DNA from: a virus
Taxonomy: Duplodnaviria; Caudoviricetes
Length of the DNA stretch: 64,000 nt
Reading direction: 5' to 3' (one strand)
Virus record (IMG/VR): IMGVR_UViG_3300005973_000002
Shown one piece after another: positions 36,962 through 46,118 of this stretch; the first letter of the stretch is position 1, and each line of letters begins with the position of its first letter. The notes below the pieces were generated by a model that was given only the letters and a program-made list of their open reading frames with translations, searched no databases and had not been told where the DNA came from. Both the position numbers and the translations under genes were made by a program.

Positions 36962-37609
36962 ATGAAAGATTCACGTTTATTAATATTTTTTACAGTTGTT
37001 TCCATGTTTGTCACAGCCTGTGGAGCGCCAGCTATCGCTCAAACCCCAGAGGTTTCTGTTTCTGAACAAACCTCTGGGACTGAAACAGAAGAAGTAGTCA
37101 CGGAAGCATCGAACGAACCCGAAACAGAAGTGTTGGTTGATTACGAACCTGCTCCACTTGATGAAGTAGAATTAGACCCGCCGCATAGAACCAATGGTGA
37201 AAATGGTGAAAGACAAACATATCTTGCAAATGGCGAACCTGCGCCTTTTGCAGGACTTCTGCTTAATCCAGAGGCTATTGCTTTTATTGTTTCGGAGTGG
37301 GAAGCTTATCAGCTTAGAGCTACAGCAGCATTACGTCTGCAACGTGAATCTGACATGAACAGATTGAGGCTAGAAGTTGGTCGACTTCATCTTAGATTGC
37401 AAACGGTTGAAAGAGAACGTGAAGTTGCAATTGAAGGACTTCAAAGAGAAAATCAACGACTTATACAAATACATGAAGATTATATTGAAGAGCAAACTGG
37501 TGGATTTTGGAATACAGATTTCGGTCAGGTATTACAATATGGTCTTATCGTAATCAGTTCGGTAGCAATAGGTGCTGTTGTTGGTTATGTTGCTAGCGCT
37601 TTACAATAG
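36962..37609 (+). CDS. Lipoprotein with coiled coil and C-terminal TM, spanin-like
   Basis: Lipobox VTA-C; APFAGLLL; C-terminal hydrophobic helix. Confidence 0.5.
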   Translation: MKDSRLLIFFTVVSMFVTACGAPAIAQTPEVSVSEQTSGTETEEVVTEASNEPETEVLVDYEPAPLDEVELDPPHRTNGENGERQTYLANGEPAPFAGLLLNPEAIAFIVSEWEAYQLRATAALRLQRESDMNRLRLEVGRLHLRLQTVEREREVAIEGLQRENQRLIQIHEDYIEEQTGGFWNTDFGQVLQYGLIVISSVAIGAVVGYVASALQ

Positions 37610-37617
37610 GAGGCGAC

Positions 37618-37953
37618 ATGGTTTTAAAGATTTATGGAGCTTCGGATGACCTGGTAGAAATTGAAGGTCACTTTTCCGAAGAAGTTGATTGCTATGATCA
37701 AAACGTACTAATAACCGTTGGTTGGACTGAGGCATCAGCCGGCAAAGATTCGCAAGGTGTTCATGTTTTAATGCGTTATGCTCCCAAATGGGTCAACGCA
37801 GGTGTGTGGACAGCAGAAGTTTCACCAATTGATGAAGATGTTGAAATACCATGGCCAGTAACGGTAAAACTTAGCGAAAGAGGGTATTCAGCTGAAGTTT
37901 CAATACTTTGCCCGGATGATGTTCCTGTTTCATTTAAAAAGTTAAGCTTGTAG
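37618..37953 (+). CDS. Hypothetical protein
   Basis: 111 aa; SD GGAGG. Confidence 0.75.
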   Translation: MVLKIYGASDDLVEIEGHFSEEVDCYDQNVLITVGWTEASAGKDSQGVHVLMRYAPKWVNAGVWTAEVSPIDEDVEIPWPVTVKLSERGYSAEVSILCPDDVPVSFKKLSL

Positions 37954-37998
37954 GTTTAACATTATTTTATGCGATGAAAGTATGAACTTGAGGTAAAC

Positions 37999-38616
37999 AT
38001 GAGTCAACAAGAACTTATTGAAAAGCTTGAGAAGAACTATGACCTTTTCGTTAGTCTCGTAGGTCGAATTAAAAATGAAGACGCCAGAGAGGCGCTTCTA
38101 GCGTTGTGTAACGAACAAAAAGATAGACTGGCAGCGGCACCAGCTTCTACACGTTTAGACTATGTTGGAGCATATCCTGGTGGTTTGGTTGAATACAGTC
38201 TAAGTGTATTGAAAATAGCCAAAGATCTAAACAAGGTTTTCGGTGCTAATATTGACACGGATTCACTTATTATTACGAGTTTGTTTCATGACCTTGGAAA
38301 GCTCGGCGACACTGAAAATGACTACTACGTAGAACAGGAATCTGATTGGCACCGAACAAAACTTGGTATGATGTATGATTTCAATCCTGAAGTTTCACGG
38401 ATTCCCGTCTGCCAACGTTCGTTATGGTGGTTAAATGGTGCTGGGTGTCCTCTTTCTTTAGATGAAGTCGCAGCTATCTCTAGCCTTCATCATATGAATC
38501 AAATGTATGCATCCGAAGTCTATGAATCGCCGATGTTGTCTGTGATTCTACAGACCGCAGTCCGTGTTGCGTGCATAAATGGCAAAGGAAAAACTTCTGT
38601 CCTTGACAAGGGATGA
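37999..38616 (+). CDS. HD-domain protein
   Basis: APAS, AYPGGL, LFHDLGK; the first His ligand appears to be replaced (VEYS). Confidence 0.75.
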   Translation: MSQQELIEKLEKNYDLFVSLVGRIKNEDAREALLALCNEQKDRLAAAPASTRLDYVGAYPGGLVEYSLSVLKIAKDLNKVFGANIDTDSLIITSLFHDLGKLGDTENDYYVEQESDWHRTKLGMMYDFNPEVSRIPVCQRSLWWLNGAGCPLSLDEVAAISSLHHMNQMYASEVYESPMLSVILQTAVRVACINGKGKTSVLDKG

Positions 38617-39012
38617 ACTACCCAAGCTCATTTATGAGTATAAGTTTCACTTAGCCTGTAGAAGGGTAGTGAAATTTAGTAGCAGTATTGCTAACATTCT
38701 ATCGAACCGCTAAAACTGCAAAATAATACTATTCTTGGAAGAATTTTGGAGTGGTTTAAGCGATGAAACAGGGCCTAAAATTACCCTCTTTTTGTGGGTA
38801 AATTTTTTTTCTACACGCTCGTAAGTGCCTGAAATCATTGAGGATAAATCTTAAGTTTATATTCGTCAACTTAGGCATTTAGAGGGTGCAGTACAATACT
38901 TATTAGTACCTGAGAGACAACCGTTTCAATGGTAATTTCTCAAATCTAATAAACTAATATAACAAATAAATACAATAACTTTAAATAAGAAAAATAAATA
39001 GGAGAAAATAAA
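38617..39012 (+). promoter_or_regulatory. Long SSB leader: structured 5' part and A-rich unstructured operator-like part
   Basis: ACTACCC/GGGTAGT and AAGTGCCTGA/TTAGGCATTT helices; 38942-39012 nearly G-free with AAATAA-type repeats before SD AGGAG. Confidence 0.5.
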
Positions 39013-39888
39013 ATGGCATATAATCTTGATGCAATTAAGCAGAAGATCGCTGACCTCAATGGCGGTCGTAAACCTGGTGACAAGAAAAGAGCAAACAGAC
39101 CTAAGCTGGCTTGGTTCAAGCCAAGTCTTGGTCCAAGTGATTCTCCAAACTCGTATGAGATTCGTTTCCTTCCATACACAGATGCAAACGAGCAGCCCTT
39201 TCAAGAAGTAAGTTATTACGATAACAAGCAGCTTCATGAACATCGTCTTGTTGCTCCTGCACAGTTCGGTATGAAGGACCCTATTTTTGAGTTACTTGAT
39301 GAACTTAGAAAAGAAGGCACCCGTGAGTCTTGGAGACTTTGGGGAACGCTTCGTCCAAAAGACCGTTTTTATGCACCAGTTCTTGTTCGTGGTGAAGAAG
39401 ATAGGGGTGTTCAGGTATGGGAATTGAATGCTAAAATTCTCAAAGATATTTACTCGGTTCTAGCGCATCCCGATTATGCGGATGAAAACATGATGGATGT
39501 TGAGAATGGTTTCGACTTTACGCTCAACGTTACTGATTCGGGTAAGAAGTTCAACCAATACACAATCAAGAATTACGATATTCAACCACGACGCAAGCCA
39601 AGCAAGCTTGCTTCAACGCAAAAAGCTCGTGATGAACTTGTTAACTCTGTTCCAAATCTTGAAGAATATTTCAAGAGCATGGTTCGTGACCCTGAGTATC
39701 TTGATAAAGTAGTAGAGAATTTCGTAGCAAAGACACTTGGTTCAACATCGGATGATAATGATGAGGATACAAGTTCTGACAATTTGAGCGTCGCTCGGGG
39801 ACGAAATTCATCAGATGAAGATGAAAAGGCTCTAAAGAGTATTGATGATGCATTCGATGACTTAGATGACGAAGATTCACCATTCTGA
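39013..39888 (+). CDS. Single-stranded DNA-binding protein (T4 gp32-like)
   Basis: WFKP, IRFLP, DPIFE, RFYAPVLVRGEE, DVENGFDF; acidic C-tail. Confidence 0.9.
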   Translation: MAYNLDAIKQKIADLNGGRKPGDKKRANRPKLAWFKPSLGPSDSPNSYEIRFLPYTDANEQPFQEVSYYDNKQLHEHRLVAPAQFGMKDPIFELLDELRKEGTRESWRLWGTLRPKDRFYAPVLVRGEEDRGVQVWELNAKILKDIYSVLAHPDYADENMMDVENGFDFTLNVTDSGKKFNQYTIKNYDIQPRRKPSKLASTQKARDELVNSVPNLEEYFKSMVRDPEYLDKVVENFVAKTLGSTSDDNDEDTSSDNLSVARGRNSSDEDEKALKSIDDAFDDLDDEDSPF

Positions 39889-39910
39889 GTTTCGGTAAAG
39901 ACTGAGTAAT

Positions 39911-39944
39911 AAGAGCCCAGCCCTAAAAAGCTGGGTTTCTTTTT
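39911..39944 (+). terminator. Intrinsic terminator
   Basis: AGAGCCCAGC-CCTAAAAA-GCTGGGTTTCT followed by TTTT. Confidence 0.85.
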
Positions 39945-40001
39945 CTCAACTGTTTATACTTCAAACTTAGCTTGTTACCATCATTGAATAAGAGGTAGAC
40001 T

Positions 40002-41210
40002 GTGGCCAAAAAGAAAAAAGATGAAGAAGACAAAGATGATTTTACTCTGAACCTTATCAAGCAACTTAATAAAGAAAATGGCGAAAGAGTTGCTTTTAAC
40101 TTAAGGTCGGATGATGCACCCACCAATATCAAAAGGTGGATCAGTACAGGTTCTCAACAGCTTGATTTTATTATTGCAAACAAATTAGGTGGCGGCCTTC
40201 CTGAGGGGCGAGTAATTGAGATTCAAGGACCCACGTCAAGTGGTAAGAGTCACATTGCTTTTGAGGCTGCCAAAGATACACAGAGGCAGGGTGGAATTGT
40301 AGTCTACATTGATACAGAAAATGCCACAAGTTTAGATAATCTTCAAGCACTGGGAATTGATGTTACAAAAAGATTTGTATTTTGTCAAACGGCATGCACA
40401 GAAGAGATTTTTGCAATCATAGAATCAACGATTCTAAAAGCTCGTGCGATGATCAAGGATGTTCCAGTTACAATCATTTGGGACTCTGTTGCAGCTTCAT
40501 CGCCAAAAGCAGAACTCGAAGGTGATTATGACCAAAACACCATTGGTCTACAGGCACGTGTGTTGGGTAAAGGAATGCGCAAGATTGTCAATATCATCGG
40601 CAATCAAAATGTTACCTTGCTGCTCATTAACCAACAACGACAAAAGATAGGTGTGATGTTTGGTGATCCAACTACTACACCAGGTGGCATGGCCATCCCC
40701 TATGCTTCGTCAGTTCGAATTCGCATTGCCTCAGAAGGGCAAACCAAAATAAAAGATAAAAAGAATAACGTCATCGGTATCAAAGTAAAAGCTAAGACGA
40801 TCAAAAATCGTGTTGCTCGACCATTCCGTGAATGTGAATTTCAAATCATTTTCGGCGTCGGGGTTGTAGAAACCGAAGAAGTATTTGATCTCTTTAGAAG
40901 TCATTGTGATGCTGTGCAGAAAGCGACAAATAACGGAGTAGAGTTTGAGAAAACTTATGTCTCGGTAAATGGAACAGCTGCTTGGAAATACTTTACAGTT
41001 ACGGATGCTGACACTGGAGAACTATTGATTGAAGAGAAGTTTTACAAGACTGATTTCGGGAATGTTCTCTATAAGCCTGAGTACAAAAAGTACATGGATG
41101 CACTTTTTGAGAGTGCATTGAGAATGGATCCAAACGATATGAAACACCCAACCTTCTCTGGAATCAATTCGGATTCAATTGAAGAAGCGGAAGCGGTGCA
41201 GGGTGATTAA
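40002..41210 (+). CDS. recA: RecA/UvsX recombinase
   Basis: WISTGS, GGGLPEGR, GPTSSGKS, IIWDSVAA, INQ, TPGG. Confidence 0.95.
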   Translation: MAKKKKDEEDKDDFTLNLIKQLNKENGERVAFNLRSDDAPTNIKRWISTGSQQLDFIIANKLGGGLPEGRVIEIQGPTSSGKSHIAFEAAKDTQRQGGIVVYIDTENATSLDNLQALGIDVTKRFVFCQTACTEEIFAIIESTILKARAMIKDVPVTIIWDSVAASSPKAELEGDYDQNTIGLQARVLGKGMRKIVNIIGNQNVTLLLINQQRQKIGVMFGDPTTTPGGMAIPYASSVRIRIASEGQTKIKDKKNNVIGIKVKAKTIKNRVARPFRECEFQIIFGVGVVETEEVFDLFRSHCDAVQKATNNGVEFEKTYVSVNGTAAWKYFTVTDADTGELLIEEKFYKTDFGNVLYKPEYKKYMDALFESALRMDPNDMKHPTFSGINSDSIEEAEAVQGD

Positions 41211-41222
41211 TGTGAGTCAAAT

Positions 41223-41782
41223 ATGAAAAAGACGTCCGTAAAGAATATCCTGAAAAGGCAAGACCCGGCATTCGAACCGCTGTATTGGTCACGACTCCCA
41301 GGTAAATTTGTGGATAAATTCAGTGGTGAACAAATGATGAAGCTACCAATATCTGATCCTCTTCAGTGGAATAGAACATTAGTTGAAGTAGTGAAAGATG
41401 CAACCACTTTGATACACAAGAAATCCCTCAGCTTCCAGCTAATTTCCTAGTGTCTAATGGTCTTGGGTTTGTATTATTGGAATCCAGCGTGACTTATCGT
41501 CCCTTCTTGACCGAGGAAGAAGAAATGGATGTCGGAGTAAATTTTTCTGATGCTAAACAGATGGGTGTGCTCAATAGCAAAATAGCGATCTTTAAATCGA
41601 ACTGTATCCCAGAAAACCAAATCTTAGTGGCTTTGGCAGGAAATGGAACAGAAATTGTTACGCTTGAAGATCCTTCTTTGCTGGGAGTGCCCCATATTGA
41701 GGTAAAGACTTCTAAGAAACCACATAAGCAGGTTGGACAAGTTGAACATTGGGGTTTAATTGAGATTCTTGATGTTTTTTGA
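41223..41782 (+). pseudogene. Frameshifted fragment related to T4 gp23-like major capsid protein
   Basis: WNRTLVEVVKDATTLIHKKS, then in the -1 frame QLPANFLVS...LLESSVTYRP...MGVLNSKIAIFK...PENQILVA; resembles the capsid P-domain region (from memory). Confidence 0.55.
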
Positions 41783-41792
41783 TAGGTAACAC

Positions 41793-42320
41793 ATGTCTAA
41801 GAAAATAAAAGTAAGCTACAGAGCGGACTATAAAACGGATGACCCAAATTGGTGGACGCCAACGAATAGGGCGTTATTAGGTAATAACGTGGCAGTAGAG
41901 TTCAAACGGCTCAATGAGCAAGCAAAGATACCACAATATAAAACGGCTCAAGCTGCTGGTATGGATGTTGCCTCAGTTGAGCAGGTTGTGTTGCCATCGG
42001 GTAAATTTACAATGGTTGGAACTGGCCTTGCCATGGCACTGCCCGATGGTTACGAGGCACAAGTGCGCCCTCGTTCTGGCTTGGCTGCAAAATATGGGGT
42101 AACTGTTTTAAATGCTCCAGGAACTATTGATGCTGATTATCGTGGTGAGATAAAAGTAATTTTAATCAATCATGGGCCAGAAGACTTTAAAATTGAAATA
42201 GGTGATAGAATTGCACAGCTCGTAATCAAAAAAGTTGAACAGCTAAAAGTATTCGAAGTTGAAAAGCTCGATGACACCGAACGAGGAACGGGTGGTTTTG
42301 GTTCCACGGGAGTTAAATGA
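41793..42320 (+). CDS. dut: dUTPase (trimeric)
   Basis: AAGMD, RPRSGLA, GTIDADYRGE, RIAQ, RGTGGFGSTG. Confidence 0.95.
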   Translation: MSKKIKVSYRADYKTDDPNWWTPTNRALLGNNVAVEFKRLNEQAKIPQYKTAQAAGMDVASVEQVVLPSGKFTMVGTGLAMALPDGYEAQVRPRSGLAAKYGVTVLNAPGTIDADYRGEIKVILINHGPEDFKIEIGDRIAQLVIKKVEQLKVFEVEKLDDTERGTGGFGSTGVK

Positions 42321-42361
42321 AGATAGCCAACACTATCAATTGCAGAGTGAATGTGAACAAT

Positions 42362-42386
42362 GCCATTACTTAATTTAAGTAATGGC
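42362..42386 (+). promoter_or_regulatory. Perfect hairpin hiding the ATG of 42382, with TACTTAA in the 5' arm
   Basis: GCCATTACTT/AAGTAATGGC 10-bp stem; motif at 42367-73. Confidence 0.65.
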
Positions 42387-42927
42387 AAAATCACTTGGGG
42401 AAGTCCTAAACATAGCACCAGGTACTTTAATCAAAGGATTGAAAGTTACCAGCTGTGGTAAAGTCGTTTTTTGTATAAACGGATGGGAGTTTGAACAACG
42501 ACGATTGGTAAAATCAATCATAACCCCAAACGACAGAGAACGATTTTGCTATACCTATTACAAAAATTCAAAAGTAAATGAATGTATTTCCAATAAATCT
42601 ATTCACATAACCAATAGAACAAATATTTCATATAACACTCTTAGGAGTAATGGAGAATCCTTCTTTAAAGATGTTCAAACTTGGTTTGCACGGGGATTGA
42701 TTGACAACGGTGAATGTCTTGGTATGTCCCTTGGAGAAAATTTTATAGCTATTCAACCAGCACATTATGATATGTATCGATCTGATTTTTATGAGTTGTA
42801 CGTTTTTCACAAAATATTAAATGAAGGTTCAATCAAATGGATCGTTTTGCAAGCTAAACAGGTTAGTAAACAATTAATTCTGTGTCACAATCCAGGATTG
42901 ATGGACATTATCCTGGAGATGCTATGA
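42382..42927 (+). CDS. Hypothetical protein
   Basis: 181 aa. Confidence 0.65.
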   Translation: MAKSLGEVLNIAPGTLIKGLKVTSCGKVVFCINGWEFEQRRLVKSIITPNDRERFCYTYYKNSKVNECISNKSIHITNRTNISYNTLRSNGESFFKDVQTWFARGLIDNGECLGMSLGENFIAIQPAHYDMYRSDFYELYVFHKILNEGSIKWIVLQAKQVSKQLILCHNPGLMDIILEML

Positions 42928-43946
42928 ACCATAAAACAATGCGACCTTATATTTTTATTGATGGTCTTAACGTTTTCATTCGCCACTATCTTGTAAACGA
43001 AACCCTGAACTCAAAAAGTGAGCCCATTGGGGGTGCTGTTGGCTTTTTGAAATTTGTTGATTACATAACCCGAGTAATGACTCCCTCGAAAGTCTTTGTG
43101 GTTTGGGAGTCTGGTGGAGGTTCGGCAAGACGTCGAAGCATATTCAAAGAGTACAAAAAAGATCGAGGCAAAATAAAAGAATTAAAAAAGATTCACAACG
43201 GAACAGCATCGATTCGAGATCAACTTGCTAATGATGAAGAGTGTAAGATAAAGCAGCTTTCACTTATCTACAAGCTTTTGAAAAACACGCCAGTGTGTCA
43301 GGTGTTCGTTAGTGGAACTGAATGTGATGACATCATTGCATATCTTGTAAAACACCAATTTAGTAATAATGGTGACATCGAAAAAATTGTCGTATCAGGT
43401 GATAAAGACTTCTATCAGCTACTTGATGATGATACCGTAAAGATTTACGATCCTGCTCGTAAAACGCTCTTAGACGGTGATTGGGTATTTAAGAAGTTCG
43501 GCATAGCTCCAAGAAACTTTTGTTTGGCCAGGGCTCTTGTAGGCGATAAGAGCGACAACATTGAAGGTGTTCCAGGGGTTGGCCTAAAGACTGTTGCAAA
43601 ACGTTTTCCCGATGTTGCCGATCGAACTCGTGATTTAAATGTTGATGACATATTGAAAACATGCGATGAACAAATAACATCAAAAGCTAAACAAAAGGTT
43701 TTCAAACAGATCAAGGAATCCGAGTCGATAGTCCGACGAAATTGGAAGTTGATGTTTCTGTCATCGAACATGTTGTCCGGAAAAGAGATATCAAAAATCA
43801 ATTATGCAGTTGAGAGTCACGAGCCTAAGATGAATAAAGTAAATCTCATCAAGGAAGTGATAGCTAATGGCATTTCAATTGCATTTGATTACGATACATT
43901 CTCAACTCAAATGAGAATGATGGCAAGTGTTAGCGACTCTGAATGA
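42924..43946 (+). CDS. 5'-3' exonuclease / T4 RNase H-like flap nuclease
   Basis: FIDGLN, ECDDII, SGDKDF, GDKSDNIEGVPGVG. Confidence 0.92.
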   Translation: MNHKTMRPYIFIDGLNVFIRHYLVNETLNSKSEPIGGAVGFLKFVDYITRVMTPSKVFVVWESGGGSARRRSIFKEYKKDRGKIKELKKIHNGTASIRDQLANDEECKIKQLSLIYKLLKNTPVCQVFVSGTECDDIIAYLVKHQFSNNGDIEKIVVSGDKDFYQLLDDDTVKIYDPARKTLLDGDWVFKKFGIAPRNFCLARALVGDKSDNIEGVPGVGLKTVAKRFPDVADRTRDLNVDDILKTCDEQITSKAKQKVFKQIKESESIVRRNWKLMFLSSNMLSGKEISKINYAVESHEPKMNKVNLIKEVIANGISIAFDYDTFSTQMRMMASVSDSE

Positions 43947-44478
43947 TTTCTATTATCTTTTCGCCAGAATTAGCCAAGAGTAATTGAACCCCAAAATGTA
44001 ATGGATTTGGCAAATTTTTTAACTCAAACCGGTCTGCCGAGGAACTTTCCCAATTTAACGAAGGCTCAAATTCGGAAAGAACCACACCAATAAAGTTATA
44101 GTATTTGAAGTTGCCTGCTTTAAAAACATGAGCAGGTATCAAACGAATAGAACCCGAGTAACCGAGTTCTTCTTTTGCCTCTCTTGTGGCAGCTGAACTT
44201 GGTGATTCGCTTTCCCTGTCGATCTTTCCTCCAGGGATACCACACGTGCCAGGCTCATTTACATATTTGCTTCGAAGAGTCAATAATAAACGTCCAGTGT
44301 CTTTAGCAATGAGAAGAATCCCAGCTCCACGATTACCCCAGAATCTCGGATCATTGCCATGTGTAGCATGGTACTCGCCCTCTTTATCAGGAAGAAGGTG
44401 TGATTCGTCACTGTCAGAAATTTCTTCAAGAAATTTAAAAAGTGCGATTTCTATTAACTGTTTTAGTTTTGCACTCAC
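43930..44478 (-). CDS. NUDIX hydrolase with acidic helical leader
   Basis: GGKID...AATREAKEELG Nudix box; TATTTAT 7 nt upstream. Confidence 0.9.
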   Translation of the reverse strand: MSAKLKQLIEIALFKFLEEISDSDESHLLPDKEGEYHATHGNDPRFWGNRGAGILLIAKDTGRLLLTLRSKYVNEPGTCGIPGGKIDRESESPSSAATREAKEELGYSGSIRLIPAHVFKAGNFKYYNFIGVVLSEFEPSLNWESSSADRFELKNLPNPLHFGVQLLLANSGEKIIEIIQSR

Positions 44479-44697
44479 TCTGTATATAAATAGCTATTTT
44501 TTCCCTGAAAATACAAGAGTTACTAATAAAAATTTCTTAAAGACTCAACCGGAATTTTCTCACTCGAAGATCTCTTTAACCTACGATGCTTCAGCACCAC
44601 TCATTTTGTTGCTCGTAGGTTATTGTCTAATAAACTCTTGTTTATACACCTTTACGAGGATGGTAAAGTTTTCCCTACAGTACAATATTGAGGAGAT

Positions 44698-46095
44698 ATG
44701 ATGTCAGAAGAAATGCCTGAACAAACTACAAAATTCGCATTTGATAAAGCCTTCCAAGAGAAGATCGTACAAGCAATGCTTGTAGACCGTCAATGGGGAG
44801 CACAGTTCGCTGAGGTTGTGGATGTTGATTACTTTGATTATGGTTATCTGAAGCTTGTTTCGGCAGTACACCTTCGATATTACACTAAATACAAAGAGTT
44901 TCCATCAGTCGAACTCCTCATCACTCAATTGAAAGATGAGTTAAAAAACGACAAAGATGGTGTTCTCTTAGATCAAGTTAAGACTTTTCTAAAGCGAGTT
45001 AAAACAAACCAAGATTTGGGCGATTTACCATTGGTAAAAGAGAAGGCGCTAGATTTCTGTAAAAAGGTCCGTTTGCAGAAAGCATTGGAGCACAGCGTTG
45101 ATCTCATTGAGAAAGAAAATTATGAAAAAATTGTTGATGTGGTCCGTGAGGCAATTCATGCAGGCAATCATCATTCGCCAGGTCTTGATCTTTTTGAAGA
45201 TGTCGAAGCTAGATACTCAGAGACCTATCGCAGAACAATTCCGACCGGAATTCAAGAGTTGGATCAAAGAAAAATTCTGAACGGCGGTCTTGGTGCTGGA
45301 GAACTAGGTGTAGTTGTTGCACCAACAGGTGTTGGCAAGTCTCATGTGTTAGTTCACGTAGGCGCCCAAGCTATCCTACAGGGAAAAAACGTGCTTCATT
45401 ACACATTTGAGTTAAATGAAAGAGCAATGGGTATTCGATATGACTCACACATCATGGACATTGCCTCTCTTGAATGTTACGATTGCAAAGAGGAAATTAA
45501 CCAATACTATCAGGAAAACAGAGACAAGCTTGGTCGACTTCGTATCAAATATTATCCAACGTCTACAGCAACTGCAATGACACTTAGGACTCATATTGAC
45601 AAGCTTGCTTCCACACAGAAGTTTATTCCAGATGTTATAGTAGTAGATTATGCTGGAATTATGCGCTCGTCAGATAGGCACGAGCTACTAAGAATGGAAC
45701 TCAAAAAAGTTATGGAGGAACTGAGAGCCCTTGCTACAGAATTAGATGTTCCTCTCTGGACTGCAATTCAATCAAACAAAGAAGGTGCCCAAGCGGATAT
45801 CGTCGATCTTACTAACATGGCCGAAGGATACTCCCAGGCGCACGTGGCAGATTTCGTCCTTGGTTTGATGCGTAAATCAGCACAAAAAGCAACGGGATTT
45901 GGAAATATCTTTATTGCGAAAAACAGAGCTGGGATGGACGGCATCAAATACCAAATTCATCTAGACACCTCTAAATCAAAGCTGCGTGTTTTGACTGATG
46001 AAGAGATTGCAGATAGAGACTCTGTGACAGAAGAAGATGACGAAACGCAATCATTTCTTCGTCGAAAGCTTAAAGATATCCAGAGTAAGAAGTAA
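44698..46095 (+). CDS. dnaB: Replicative DNA helicase (DnaB / T4 gp41-like)
   Basis: APTGVGKS, IVVDY, WTAIQSN, KNRAG. Confidence 0.95.
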   Translation: MMSEEMPEQTTKFAFDKAFQEKIVQAMLVDRQWGAQFAEVVDVDYFDYGYLKLVSAVHLRYYTKYKEFPSVELLITQLKDELKNDKDGVLLDQVKTFLKRVKTNQDLGDLPLVKEKALDFCKKVRLQKALEHSVDLIEKENYEKIVDVVREAIHAGNHHSPGLDLFEDVEARYSETYRRTIPTGIQELDQRKILNGGLGAGELGVVVAPTGVGKSHVLVHVGAQAILQGKNVLHYTFELNERAMGIRYDSHIMDIASLECYDCKEEINQYYQENRDKLGRLRIKYYPTSTATAMTLRTHIDKLASTQKFIPDVIVVDYAGIMRSSDRHELLRMELKKVMEELRALATELDVPLWTAIQSNKEGAQADIVDLTNMAEGYSQAHVADFVLGLMRKSAQKATGFGNIFIAKNRAGMDGIKYQIHLDTSKSKLRVLTDEEIADRDSVTEEDDETQSFLRRKLKDIQSKK

Positions 46096-46118
46096 CAAGA
46101 TTTAATCAGTATTAATAT

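Noticed and set aside
626-39830. Shared peptide RGRNSSD in the holin-like tail and the SSB tail
   Set aside because: By my rough estimate a single 7-residue match among about 20,000 residues is not clearly beyond chance; no third instance was seen.
44485-44492. T4 late promoter TATAAATA on the plus strand driving dnaB
   Set aside because: It is about 200 nt from dnaB but 7 nt from the minus-strand NUDIX start, and it fits the TAnTTA motif in that orientation.
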